A DNA stretch of 64,000 bases from Phoronis australis (taxonomy: Eukaryota; Animalia; Phoronida), in contig NMRA01000075.1 of NCBI GenBank assembly GCA_002633005.1, positions 547,950-611,949 on the forward strand, written 5' to 3'. The translations under genes and the position numbers were made by a program. Under the pieces are notes generated by a model. It worked only from the letters and a program-made list of their open reading frames with translations. It made no database searches and was not told the origin of the DNA. Positions 50,452 to 64,000 of the stretch are shown one piece after another (the first letter of the stretch is position 1; every line of letters begins with the position of its first letter).

Positions 50452-53400
50452 TAGGGTCGTAGGAAGCGGGGGGGCGACATACATGTACCCGTGGCGCGGG
50501 GACAGTCGAGAGAAGAAAGACTGCTAAATGCGGATAAGAGAGAAAATTCAAGAGAACATTTAACAAATCTGTGTCAATGCATGGTTTACCTTTTGAGGAC
50601 CCTGGCCAGGACATTGTTGTTGGGGTCTCCGCTTTCGCAGCACAGGTCGTCTAAACGCATTTGGAAACGTGCACGAAATCATTCATGTATACACTGTATA
50701 GTTCGAAAAATCAAGCGTTTTAATTTACTGGAATTTCAATTCAATAAGTCAATTTTTCGACTGCAAAACCATATTTTTCCAGAGGCCTATCTCTGGCAAG
50801 GGATAACGAGGACAATTGTCGTTTTTTTTCTCGAATTGTATATCATTTGTGAAAAATTGATGACTTGAAAGATATCATCAATTACTGCACATATAATGAT
50901 TTTGAAAATACAGATATTTTCACATTGAGAGGCCCCACCCTTGAAGGATGCTATTGATGACATTCAAGTGGCCACAGTTTTGATGTTTTTATTGACAAAT
51001 TCTTAGGGGTCCACTCACGGAGAGAGGGCCCAATGTTGGACGTGATTACGTCTATTTTCCTATTTTTTGTGAAACCGTGCAACCGACTTTCGTGTTGAAG
51101 AAGGTCACTTCCTGCACCTTCTTGTAACGACACCACGGTGGAATAAACTGTCACTTTTTGCCAAACTTAATGGTGTTTAGCTTTTCCTAATTAAGGTGTC
51201 GCATTTCAGACGGGACCCTCTCTCGATGGAGCAGTTCGGGGAAATGTCCCTTTGTCCCACTTTACATGTAAATCCGATACTGCCAAGTACTCACGAAGGA
51301 AATTGCGATTCCATCTTTATCAAAAAACAAATCATTCGTGCACAGCACAGCATTATAAAGACATTCGACCCAAGCAACCAATAAAAGTGAAAAAATACAA
51401 TAGGATTGACCGCCATCGAAAGGGAGTCAGGAATTTTAAACAACGAGAAGGCCGCTATTTATTGATTACACAAAAGGACTATTTCCGTTGGTGAGTTACA
51501 TAATAACGTTAATGTTTCCCATAGTATCACAAGAATAGTAGTTTTGAAGATGATTACTATGAGTTGTTCTTAAAGAATTCGCACATGAGGAAAACACTGC
51601 TGTTGATGCTACCATTGGGATGACCGTGTACAGGTCGAACGAGTGTACCCAAAAACTCGCAAGAATAAACAAATTACACGTAAACAAATATCTCAGCGTT
51701 TTTATGTTTTCTTTTATTTGAGGTCAAGTTAAACTCGTAAACCGTTGTACATGTACATGTAAGTACCTCGGAAATGAGCAAAAATTCACCTTACTATGAA
51801 TGCCCAATCTCCCATTTCCCCCGGTTACCCGTCAAAAATCTCCGAGCATGCCTTCGGAAATTGCTTATAACATTCCGTTTAGATCAACAAAGTCCTTGGC
51901 TTTTTGATTTACATGTATCTACGAAAACCGACAGGTTAATATGTGATTTTTGGCAATTAGAAGCTAATCTTTTAAGAAATGATGACGATTTAGAGAATTT
52001 AGTTGAATTCTGAATATGGAAAAAACTATTATCCCATCCCGAAATAGTAAAGTGCACTTGGACGCTTCCTGCCTATCTAAAATAACTCTCTAAGACATTG
52101 ATGAAATTTGGACACTTCTCAAAAATTTATTCACAATTCAAATGACAATAAATGCATCGCTTTTTGACTTCGGAACTTTTATTGAAGGCCGACGATGGGA
52201 AAATTCGATTTTTGTCTATCTAAAATAAGTCTCAAGGAAATTGGTGAATTTCCGACAGGTCAACAATGTGTCCGAAAATGTTCTGAAATGACAATAAATT
52301 GTTTAGTGGCTCAGGAACTAGATTTCTGGGTTTAAGTTATATATTTACTTGTGTCTAGCAAAATACCTTATCTTCATTCTCGGGGAACATCAAATACAAA
52401 CTATATTCCGCGTAGCGAGAAAAAAAAAGATTTAGCAGAACCACCTTGGAACCGCACAACCGCGTGGATATTTGTTTACTACTTATCCAAGGTCAAAGGT
52501 TTTAAAGGGCTTTCACTTAAATCGAATCTCCCGCCAGGTACAGAACAGCTTCGTATACCCTCAGTCCTTTCATTCTCTAAGACGCCATCACATTGAGCCA
52601 ACGAGGTGTACAGTGTACTTACGATAGAATGGTGCCGGGGAAAACAAAGCCAAAATATAGTTTTGATACTAAGGGAGTTGTGCGTCAACATGCATACGAC
52701 CGTTGACGTTGAAAACGAATGCAACGAGTAGCCTCAGGCCTCTGTGGTCATGAACACAGAATGTTATGAAAAGAGATAAATCCTCACCCTAATTCATTAA
52801 TTCAGTTAATGAGTTGACATCTCGATGTTTCGATCTCATGCTAACGACATACTTTAACCACCGATTCGATTTTTGTAATCAATTTCTTACTTGGTTTCTT
52901 ATCAGTCTTCCGGCATGCGACGTGTACAGGCTATGAACTGTGACCTACAGTAAAAGTTGGCTTGGAACAATTCGGCTATTTGATGTTTTAATGATAATTA
53001 AGTTAGTTACGCACTGCAAAATCAGTTGACATTGCGAGTGACTGTTGAAATAGCTAACATAGTTAAGGATTGTATAGGTTATTTGTACCGAAAACAAGTT
53101 TTCACCGAATAATTAACCGAAGACTGCGAGATTTTCACTTGTCCCAGTTTAATCGGCTTTTTCTCGGCTTCGGCAAATCGACATTATTTGAACTTAGGAA
53201 CATTTAGTTCTCAAAAACGGCTCAATGTATTTCACTGAAATTTTCCAAACTTAACACTTAGTCATCAATCTCAAATGATCTGTTAGGATTTTTGATATAG
53301 AGTCCTAGTTTTTGCGTAATGTGACAAAGACGAATTATTTATAAAAATACCTTACGTTTTGCGGGTTGATTTGTCGAAAATTCCTAACAGCGTTTGGAGG

Positions 53401-54634
53401 TACTACTGGTGAACTTTTCATTTAAAGAAAGGTTTCGTTTAAATCGACTGAGGGGTTATTTTGCTATGAATGTACCTTTCTTAAAAATGAAATTTTGACT
53501 TAAATAGGTTTTTACGTAAATAGCACATAAATACAAAAAGTATATTTATATGTCCTGGTCTTTGTTCTTTCATAAAGTAAAATACTTTTACTAGTTGACA
53601 CTGCTTAGTTTTTTGATATACGAGTTAGAATGCAGGCCACTAAATAAGGTTGGAGATAACCTTGAATAAATAAAATAAAACTTATTGCTCATCAACTTAA
53701 AAAGGTTGTCTTTTAACTTCCATGATGTTTTTGGTTTCCAGTAGTATTGTTCAACGAATTTTTGTTCTTCAAAACTGAATCGTTTGCTTGCATTTTCCGT
53801 GCATGCTACACACACGGCATGCGCGCACCCAGCCTTAAATATAGGCGGTCTCGAATTTTTGAGGATGTGGACCTTTTACTAAAGAAAAAAACGAATACGG
53901 GGTTCATTCAGGGCTATGAATTTTGCATACGCCGAATCCTTCCTTTTTAGGGGACTTTTGTCTCATTTTTCTCTGACTTTTTGTTTCTCTGAGGTAGACC
54001 TCTTTACCCACTTTGCCAAATGGGGAGAGGCTCATGCGAGCCCCCGACCCTCCGGGTGCGTGCATGAACGGAGCACGTCATGAGAGCCACGTTACAAATT
54101 GGATGTAACCATGCAGTAGGCCTGCGTAGAAGCTCAGTTAACCACGGGAACTGAATTTTATATCCAGACATTGAAGTGTGTTACATTTTTGGACACACTC
54201 TGTATCATTTCCCGGGCAACCAGAAACTGGACTACAGGCTGTGTTCCATAAAAGAATTCTGAAACGGCCACAAAGCCACTCATACCAGGCACGTCGGGAC
54301 CTCACCTCTTTCCAAAGATTACTTCAAAGAATGGCCATAATAAAATGAAGTTTTCCCGATACTGAATCATAATAAAACGAACCTTGACCTACGATGTTGG
54401 AACCCAGTTATAGTTACTTCAGGCAGCTCCCATCTACCCGTCAGTGCGCTCGTGCCATTGACCCATTCTTACTATTCGTGAAACTTTTGTTCACTACGGT
54501 TACTCAAATCCCTGCGGCTGTTTCCCCGGTACGGCGGACTTGAGGGTGTTCGGTACAAATATGTTGACATCCAGAGAACGGGGAGGGGCGGGGGACCCCC
54601 CCCCCCCCAATATTTTTTCCTTTATACGGGCCTG
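50452..54634 (+). mobile_element. Repeat element copy B with hAT-like short TIRs and ~1.3 kb of extra sequence (~52340-53660)
   Basis: Ends TAGGGTCGTA...TACGGGCCTG are imperfect inverted repeats with adjacent G/C runs. The body is homologous to copy A. No clear TSD. Confidence 0.85.
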
Positions 54635-56189
54635 CACGTAGGTCACTTTTGTCGCCATCTCTTCATATTGGGAAATGCATGAGCTGCTAATCCATTAGTA
54701 TTTCAAATGGTTTGCCATTTTTGTAAGATATTAGTACAACCTACCGAACAGCCATGGGCATTTGCAGGCATTACAATGATAGAAAAGATGCTGAAACGCT
54801 TTATATGTCAGTAGGCTGAAGCTTCCCGTCAGCATGCGTTACATGGGATCTGAAGGTGGCGCTGAACTCTTGTCCACCAAAGACCTGGGCCTAGTCTCTA
54901 ATCTTTTTACTCAAAATGGAACTCAACATTATGTTTAGAATTTTCTACTCTACCTTTGTAGGAACTCAAGATAAGCATCTATTACTCTATTCTCGAGTAC
55001 ATAATGACTTACGTGGATAATTTATTAGTCCTAGTTTGCAGTTGATAAACCCAACATTAAAGCTAAAAGTTCGAGTTTGAACTCAAATTTCGAGTCTTTA
55101 CTCGACTTTGTAGCACGAATATAAGGATCTTCAAGTGTATAATGTATTCGAGCACAGTCTGATAACCACGTATCTTCAGTTTGCACAGAAGGACTAGAGC
55201 ATTTGCCAAAACTAATTTCGAGTTCGTTTCGAGCACAAATATTAGAGACCGGGCCCTGGTCGCCATATGGCGGGTTTGTGTATTTCAATGTGGTGCGGCT
55301 ATTCGTTTGATTACCGTACATAATTCCCAATAAATATTCAAGTGGAATGATTAAACCGCTAAGAGCTCTTTGTGAAGCAGTCAGCGATGAGGATTTCCAC
55401 TATGTTTTCATCACATAGGTGCTGTGGATAAGAAACAACATGAGAATTTATTTTTGTCACCCGAGTGTTCGACTTCTAGAGAGCACGTGGGACTGACTTT
55501 AATTTTTTTTCCAACCCAAGCGCTTGACTTTTAAGTTAAGCAACCGAGAAATTGTACCTAGAGTCTTGTAAGCTGAAAGTCGCGTGCCTGAGTTAGACCA
55601 TATAAACCCGTCTTTCATCACAAAAAAAATAATTTAGATCATTGACGTTAATGAATTTGTCCTCAAATTGCTCCTTAGACACTTCTATGATTGTGCCAAT
55701 ACTTTTCGAACTTTTGCGCCTAGTTAATTCAAGGTTCCACCGTGCCAGCAACGTGCGTGGCAGACGTCTTTATTTATCTGCGAGAAAAGCGATTTTCCGA
55801 AGTCAGCCCTTGCGCGAATTCAAACCGTAAGCCGATCGTGTTTGCGTTGCCAAACTCTCTAATGACGAGATAAATCGCACTCGATTACTCATAAGGAATT
55901 TTAATTTGTAAAATCATCACCAAATGTCTGCCAGATTTTTGGTGAGACTTGGCAATTTATGATAAAATACAAAAAATCTGATTTTATTGGTTAATAGCTT
56001 CACGTCAAAGTTAATAACTTCAAAAATCTATCCCATCCAACAATGGTCATAAAATGCGTTTTTTAGCCATAAACACGCTAATGTCATTTTAAAGACACTA
56101 GAGTGTACAAAACGAGAAACACTGTCAGGAGAGCAATATACTATATGGGGTAGTCTCATTTTGATCACCAGTTTTTATTGGTGACAGAT

Positions 56190-57288
56190 TAGCTCACTTG
56201 CGAGTTTCCAGTTAGTCGTTGTGACGTAACCTGAAGTAGGGCAAAACCCGCCATATTGCTCTTGTTTTGCCCCGAGTCTGCTACATACGCTAAATCTTAC
56301 TGGAGTTCTTATGGAGCAATTCACGCTTAAAACGTTAACACAATTTACGAGATGGTAGGAGGATCGTGGAATAACTGTGAATTGGCGAAGAAAATGTGAA
56401 CTTGTGTTGTGCGAAGCTGTGAACGAACTGAAATTGGAACTCGACCAGGGCTAGGCTTGAATGCCGCAGAAATAAAGGGCCGATAGTGCATCTTTATCCC
56501 CATAAAAAGTTACTCACTTCAAAATACGGCAAATAAAATCAGATCAAACATGCATAAGCGCACATGGAGTTATAATTAACACATACCATGACTCTGGATA
56601 CAATTTAGTAAACAAATATCTTGAACATATCCATGAAAATCTCGCGATTCGCTCGAGTATCTCTCACCGGGCGCCATTTTGAGGAAATTACGTAAAATCA
56701 CGCCTGTTGACGAACTAAAAGTCCATGGGACACAAATCTTACTTTCAATTGACATCTTAACGTACTATTTTGTAAGTGTCAGGCGCCAAGTCACGCGCTT
56801 CGCTAGCCTTTGCCTCATACTCACCGGACTCAGTTAAAATAATTTGTGGTTGTCGCGCGCGCGGTGAAAAAGTTAACGGTAAGCAAAAAGTGGAGTTCGC
56901 CAAAGTAATCTGAATTCTCATAGCTATGCTTCATCAAAGGATCACTGAAGAAAGTAAGCGTCTTTTTAAGTGATAGTTTTAAATGTAGGATATAATTTTC
57001 GAGGTGAAAACTATTAACCCGTGTTATTTGCGTACCGCCCGTTTAAAACAAACAGGAAGAAATTAGTACAGAACGCGATGGGACGTATTATAGCGCGAAT
57101 CTGAAATAAATTTCTCGTAAAAGCAATGCTTGTTTGGCACTAAGATTAAAAACTCGAAGTTAACTGAAAAGACTACACTCTTCTACCGTGTCGGGTAAAT
57201 GGCCAAACGACAAGAATTTGTCCTACTTACGGTGACGTCACAGTCTCACAGAATCGCGCGTTGTTGTTATTAACTCGCAAAAGGACTA
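56190..57288 (+). mobile_element. Non-autonomous TIR DNA transposon, copy 2 (more diverged)
   Basis: Same termini TAGCTCACTTGCGAGTT...AACTCGCAAAAGGACTA and a collinear body. Confidence 0.92.
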
Positions 57289-58026
57289 TTCGCTAAAGAA
57301 AACCAACTTGATTATATGACTGACCCGCAATCATATTCTACTTTCCAACTTTGGAATTGAATGTTGAAAAGGTGACTGAATCAAAAATTTACCTAATTCA
57401 TCTTAAGTCTTTATCGAGATACGTAACCCAACAACGATTAGTTATGGATTGTCAAGCTCTGAGAAAAATATCAAATAAAAGTCGTTACATTAAGCATGCT
57501 CAATCTTAGCCAAATTGAGTTAAGTAACCGGTAAACTGATTACGTTAAAGCGTATTGGTCTGAGATTGTAAGGTGTGGGAGGGGGGGGGGGGCGGGGTGC
57601 CAGGACAATGGCAAAGATCCTAAACGAAACAAAACTTAAATACTTTGTAAACGACTGCCACTTGGCATTATATCACTTGTTTTATAGCGTTTAACTCCCG
57701 TGTACAGATACAGAAAATATGAAGTTGTGAGTTGGTTGCGGTGGTCACTAGAGTATCCAGAGCTTTAACTAGTGCCAGATTTGCACCGTGTCCTCAGACC
57801 CTGTTATACATGTACCTTTACAAATGACCAATTCTTTATCTTACGCATAGTCTCTCGGTCTTTCTGCCTCGGGCACAATGATATCTCTCCGCCACTGCCG
57901 TCAGAACGTTGAAACGTGCTTTGGATGCGTGGTCTTACAGTCATACAGACGATAGCGCCTGGTTCAAAACATGAGATATAAAAAAATGTTTGCACAGAAC
58001 GTTATACTGGTGGTATAAAAGGTCAA

Positions 58027-59201
58027 TAGCTCACTTGCGAGTTTCTCGCTAGTCACTGTGACGTCACCGGAAAGGGGGCAAAATCCGCCATATTGCTCTT
58101 GTTTTGCCCCGAGTCTTTGCTACACACGCTAAAACTTACTGGAGTTCTTATGGTGAATTTTACGCTTAAAACGTTAAAACAACTTAAGATATGGTAGATG
58201 GGTCGTGGAATAACTGTGAATAGACGAAGAAAATGTGACCTTGTTATGTTGTGCGAAGCTGTGAACGGACTGAAATTGGAACTTAACCCGCTCTAGGCCT
58301 GAATGGCGCAGGCATACAGGGGCGATAGTGTATCCCCATAAAAAGATATTCACTTCAAAATACAGCAAATAAAATCAAATGAAACATGCATATGTGCACA
58401 TGAAGTTATAATTAACACATACCCTGACTCTGGACACAATTTAGTCTACAAATAACTTGAGCATATTCATGAAAACCTCGCGGTTCTCTCGAGTTTCTCT
58501 CACTAAAGAGCCGCCATTTTGAGGAAGTTACGTGAAATCACGCCTGTTGACGAACAAAAAGTCCAAGGGACACAAATCTTACAAATTTCACTTGATATTT
58601 TCTCATGCTATTTTGCAAGTGTCACGCGCCAGGTCACGCGCCAGATCTCGCGCTTCGCTCAGTCTCGCGCTAGCCTTTGCCTCATACTCACCTGACTCAG
58701 TTGAAATACTTGATTGTGGTAATCGCGCGCGCGGACAAAGTTAACAGTAACCACAAAGTGGAGTTGGAATTCTTCGCCTAAGTCACCTGAATTCCCGTAT
58801 ATATGCTTCATCGAAGATATGTTTAGAAGCAGAAAGAGTCACTGAAGAAAGTAAGAGCCTTTTAGGTGCTAATTTTAGGTGTAGAATGTATTTTCGACGA
58901 GGTGAAAACTTTACCAGTGAGCGGATTTCGCCTACCGCCCGTTTAAAATACACGGGACGAAATTAGTACAGAACGCGATAGAACGTATTGTAGTGCGAAT
59001 CTGAAGTTCATTTGCCATAACAGCAATGCTTTTGGGCATTTTTCGAACTAAACGGCTAAAAACTCGAAGACAATAACAGAATACACTCTGCTACCGTATT
59101 GGGCAAATGACCAAACGACAAGCTTTTGCCCCACTTCCCGTGACGTCACAGTTAAGTCTCACATAATCTCGCGTTATTGTTATAAACTCGCAAAAGGCCT
59201 A
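58027..59201 (+). mobile_element. Non-autonomous TIR DNA transposon, copy 3 (uninterrupted)
   Basis: Same termini; carries the empty site GATAGAACGTATTGTAG for the HERO insertion. Confidence 0.93.
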
Positions 59202-61785
59202 TTCTTGTTCGCCGCTTGACACGATGATGGGTTGCGATGTCATTTCAATGTTTGCTGTCGCAATGGTAATAAAATGAAGACTATTTGAGGACTGATACGG
59301 GTATCGCCACACCTCCTCCACCCGAATCTGTTAGAATAGACTAATCCTAAACTGGAAATAAATATTAAGTGTTACCATGCTGGCGAGTGCAATTTTCGAT
59401 TAGGGAAATACGCAGAGCTAACGAACCAATGCGTATTGTGATGACAAACAGCTTTCGTTTTCCACATTCAAAATGTCCGCAAAAAGGAAACAGTGTTTCG
59501 GCAGAAAAGGCAGTAGGCCTACAGCGTAAGGGAAAATGTCTCGATAGGAAAGGAAAACAGTTTGTGAGAACGCGTCTGTTGTTCGTGCGGAGAATGCACT
59601 TTGACTGTATGTGCGTACTTGGCAGGTGGTGATCAAAATTTTTGCTTATGATAACGGAAATCATGCTCTGTGTTCCTTATTAATAGAATTTTACGACGTT
59701 TTCTTATTTGTTTCCATTGTTATGCGTCAGTTGTTGCATGGTTCAAATGGGTCACCCAAAATGTCCAACACCGCTAAATGTCCGTAAATGAAACAAATAA
59801 CATTTGCCTTCGTTAACTCGTCTTGATCTCCACGATCTGGGTCAAAGAGAACAAGTCGCTTTTGTGCTCTCTGAACACTAAAGATTTCTATGTCAAATGT
59901 TTCTTAATGCACTGAGTTCATTTGAGTTTACCCAAACCTAGTATAGATGCGGAGTTCGTAGCACTCAAACAGGGAAATGTGTAACCTTTAGAGACGTCAG
60001 TTAAGATTTTTCGCTTGATCACTACAGGCACTGAAAGCACTCTCGTGACAATGCATCTCAGAATAACGTGCGGCAATGCATCAAATAATCACACGGTTCC
60101 TGGAACATTAGCGGAAACTTTCGGTAATGACGTCACGAATTAAACAGTCAGGTCGATAACGGAAGCAAGGCTCCTATGCATAAAGGAAAGGTATTCTATA
60201 AGTGACACGTCCCGAAGGCACTCAGGTCTTGCGTGACGACTGTGATTAGCGATTGTATGCCGGGCTTACAATTTCATCGCGCATATTAACCCTTGCAATT
60301 AAATTATTTGTTTTTCTGCCCACACGGGAACGAGTTCATAAATGGAAGTTTGCCAGTTGGTATTGTGATGTATTCTAGTGCAAAGTTCTGTTTTATGGTT
60401 TATTCTGGTATCTAGTACAATGGTCTCGTTCGGTATAATTTAACGCATTTGTACTCAAGAGAATCGTCCTTACATACACTGTAAATCTCACTGTTGAAGT
60501 GAAAGTGGCGTCGAGAATTTTGATTTCATCCTTAACGCGGTGATGAGCCCTCTTTCCTCGCATAAATAATTTGATTTATGTCTTTTACCGGCCGTTATAA
60601 AGTTGTCTCAAATTGTTCACACTGCAGGTTATGTCAGGGCTTCGAAATGAGTGACAGTTCATGATTGGCTGAGATTAGGCTCTACAAGTTGGCTTGTCAC
60701 CTCTGCGTATCATTTTATGCGCCAAGGATTGGCTCAAGGAATATCGAGCTGTCAGCTCTTTACAAGCCCGGAAAGAACTCCCGAGACCAATTTGAAAGAG
60801 GCAAATGGTCTACATGGAAATCGAACGTTCATTTCTGGAACGGAACGCGTGTACACTGTACATGTTTATGAAGACCGTTGTCTTATACCACGAGTCAAGA
60901 CCAACATAACAGAGCACGTGTTTCTGAACGTTTTCAATAGTCCCCACTTTGGATCACATTGCGTTCAAACATTGTTTCAACACCTGGGAATCGAGTTCCC
61001 CTCGCCTTTAAAATGTATTATCGCTGTCCACTTATTCAGGTATCGAGCGGTGTTGTTCATGGCAAAGTATTTTTTCGGCGATGCTTTACTTTAAAATTTT
61101 CTTGACAAGGGATGATGATATTAAAAGTGTCTAAGTAACACATACATGTACTCCAACAGAGGTCCGTTTGAGGGTTGATAAACTTCAACGGTGGTGCAGT
61201 GTCATTTTAAAGCTTTGGTCATACCTATCGTACCCAGTAAAGTAGTCGTAACAAGCAACCGAAAACGTAGGAAACCATTATATGTGGTTAGATGATTGGA
61301 ATTGTTACGGAATACGTAAAAAATGTCAAATGTGGTATCAGCTTTTGTCCGTTCGCCTATTACTTTGTGACATTCAGATTTTAATGCTTAAAGAGGAAAT
61401 TGCAAAGTCTAAACCAATATGAACAACAATATGGTCTAAATTCTTGTTCATAATTATCAATATAATTGCTATATCCTTAACATCAAATTGTATGTCGCTA
61501 TACAAAGAAATTTACATATTTAGTGCCGTGGTGTTGTAACGCCATTGTTGTAACGGAGAATAGAAAGGGCGCCATTTTCGTTCGTTAGTACACATCTGTG
61601 ACGTGTGTAGGGGAACACAGAGGAAACAATGTGTGTCCATGTGAGTACAGCAGCGTAGGTGAGGAATATTTTGAAAGATACACGGACGGACAGGTGGAGT
61701 TTTCAGATAATGCCGCCCTTTCGGAAGTGAAGTAGGGGGGTGACAGATCTCATAGGAACAATTGGTACGTGTTAACAGCTTTTCT

Positions 61786-63360
61786 GTATTGGAGCCGTTC
61801 TCCCTCGAACCCTTTCACGGCCCTTGCTCCGGTCGTCAAAGACGCAGCTTCAGCCGGTTTGGCCTGGGGGGGGGGTAATTCTATAGGTTATGGAACAGGT
61901 CACTTCATTTTCGTGCTCAAGGGCCAAGTCAACTTGGACCAATATCAATGTGCAGATGTGTTCCAAAACAGTTTTATTTTGTAAGGCGATGCTTGAAATA
62001 GAAACAACAATTTCATGTCTATGTACTGTCACGCTTTCCCCCGTGTGTGGGTGGGCGCAGGTTGTTACAGACCGGTGCTAATAGCTTTCGATGCGACGAT
62101 TGACGGAAAACTGGTTCGAGTTAATTCTTTGTTAATCGCAACCGTATGTTCACAAGCCTAGTACTCAAACACTATTTCGTAGTAAACAAATTACATCATC
62201 ACTGTACTTAACTCAGGGGTCATGGCAATCAAACAGAATAACAAAACAAAACAATACAACTAAAAATACTATCACACTATATTCTGACATGTACATTGAC
62301 CCAATGTTGCCATTATTTATAAATAAAATATGGTACATGGCCTGGATACAAGTCGACTTTGGTAGGAACTGCCTGGTAAAGTTTCTGAGGGCATCCCATT
62401 GGATTGGTGATTGCCCATATAGCATATGGAGAAGTTTTAAGAAATGTTTACTGTAATATTTAAAATATGGGCTACCTTTTGAGTGGCAAAACTGCTTTTC
62501 AAGTTGATTTGCGCCATTAGCATTGTCTAGCTTGATTCATGGTATGTGGGTGCCGATAGGGTTCAGATTGAGAGAACAGGTCTCACGACTACTTACAAAA
62601 CAGTCCACTCCATCAATGAATCAGGGCAACTGCCTTGTGTTTTAGGGTCAGCTAAATATAAAACAGCTAATGTCCATTACTGTATCCCCCGGGCATGACC
62701 TATCACTGCCTTGGGTTTAGCACTATACATTTTTATGAAATTAAGTAGGCTGTGATGTTCCAAAGTTTGTTTTTTGGAAACACATTTGATTTTTGTTCCG
62801 TTGTAAACAGGTCGCTGCTCAAGTTGGGTTCATTCTGAACAATCAATTTACTTGGAAACTGGAGTTATATTCAGCCCCCTCAATGAAATTTGGTAAATTT
62901 TTCAATTCGAAATTTTAATGTTTCCTGAAGTAATGTATTATTGTTGACACATCCTGCAGGTGCACCTGTGGCAACTGTCATACAAACCCAGTTGCTGAAG
63001 AAAGTTAAAGTATGTTTTCAAGAGGTCGACAAGGTTGTTGCAAAACTTGATGAAGAAATGAAGCGTGACAACTTACACTGAAGAAAAAAAATTATTGTGG
63101 AGCATGGGGGTTTTAAACCTGTATGCATCAATCGTAATGTTTTGGAGACTGCATGGCTGCAATGCATAAGTCAATACCCTGATGGCTATAACAGACCCAT
63201 GGCTAAAAGGATGGGACTCATGGCCTACAGACAGTTCTAAAGATGGGTACACGGCCACTTAGGACGTGTTGTCATTCCAGCATGCACAGTAGCCTGCCTC
63301 AGACCTTTCTACTTTCCGCCAGGAAATGAGGAGGGCTTTGAATTCCACGGATTTTCTTAA
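61786..63360 (+). pseudogene. KolX / P2X7-ballast-like Cys-rich protein pseudogene (two exons)
   Basis: Exon 2 follows CAG| at ~62959: (W)CTCGNC..EE...EHGGFKPVCINRNVLETAW.Q...AYRQF*RWVHGHLGRVVIPACTVACLR..FP...FHGF*. Putative exon 1 has LEPFSLEP (~61790) and ends RRLTEN-TG|gt (62113). In-frame stops and frameshifts are present. Confidence 0.75.
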
Positions 63361-64000
63361 TAGTTTCGTCCATTTATAGATATCAAAAGTTGTCTTACCT
63401 CTGGAATGCCAACTCCTGCACATAACCTATGTATTCTATTATTAAAAGTTGTAACTCAGGGACAAGCCTTATGTAATGCGGATGAGTTTCAAAAAGTTGA
63501 AGCGACAAATTCCGTACAAAAAACGTACATCCTAACAAACGAATGCAATCGCAGCGCAACCTCAGCGGTATGGAATTGAAGTTGGCATTCCGTGAATAGA
63601 CTTCTGTGGTTTCATAATGGTAAATAATTGACACAGCGAGTAGCATTTATTGATGCTCGTACATGTATACTGTAGTAACATGGTCTTGACAAGTGTAATT
63701 TAACTAGGACATTGTCTTAGGTTAGGACTGAATCTCCTGCCCTCTTCTCATACAATAGAACTCTCTTATTCGGTAGTGCTTCGGTGAGAACTTTAGAAAG
63801 GTTATCGTTAATTCGGCAGTTACGCCTCCAAACAACCCTGGCTTTGATGAAATATCTCAGTCTCACTGCATCCAACTTAGCGAGTTCAATTGTAATTCAG
63901 TGAGATGTCAACTAATACGACACAGCAACCAAATCTCAACCCAAAAGCTCCAGTATGCAATAGCTTTAGATGTCTATGACATGGTATAAAAACACAAAAA

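Noticed and set aside
63395-63646. Minus-strand exon ending at a donor-like AG|GTAAGA
   Set aside because: No identifiable protein motif or partner exon; cannot be supported.

Overview
Eukaryotic, AT-rich, repeat-dense genomic DNA from a draft assembly (two N-gaps, several single-n joins). The host is most likely a lophotrochozoan invertebrate, inferred from the neuropeptide family. The only convincing host gene is a minus-strand NKY-type neuropeptide precursor (coding exon 7418->6951), with a candidate TATA/CCAAT/CRE promoter and short non-coding first exon about 12.6 kb upstream (20090-20330). The rest is mostly mobile DNA. It includes a three-level nest (young HERO-like RLE retrotransposon inside a non-autonomous TIR DNA transposon inside a decayed APE-type LINE carrying a 2A ribosome-skipping motif), RTE and L1/Tx1 fragments, Kolobok/THAP/KolX relics, several MITE families, and two inverted copies of a 3-4 kb element. 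The octamer TACATGTA is strongly enriched, and repeat-copy comparison suggests it arises by TA->TACATGTA insertion. No prokaryotic-type system (CRISPR, operon) is present. All family assignments come from motif recognition by eye, not database searches.
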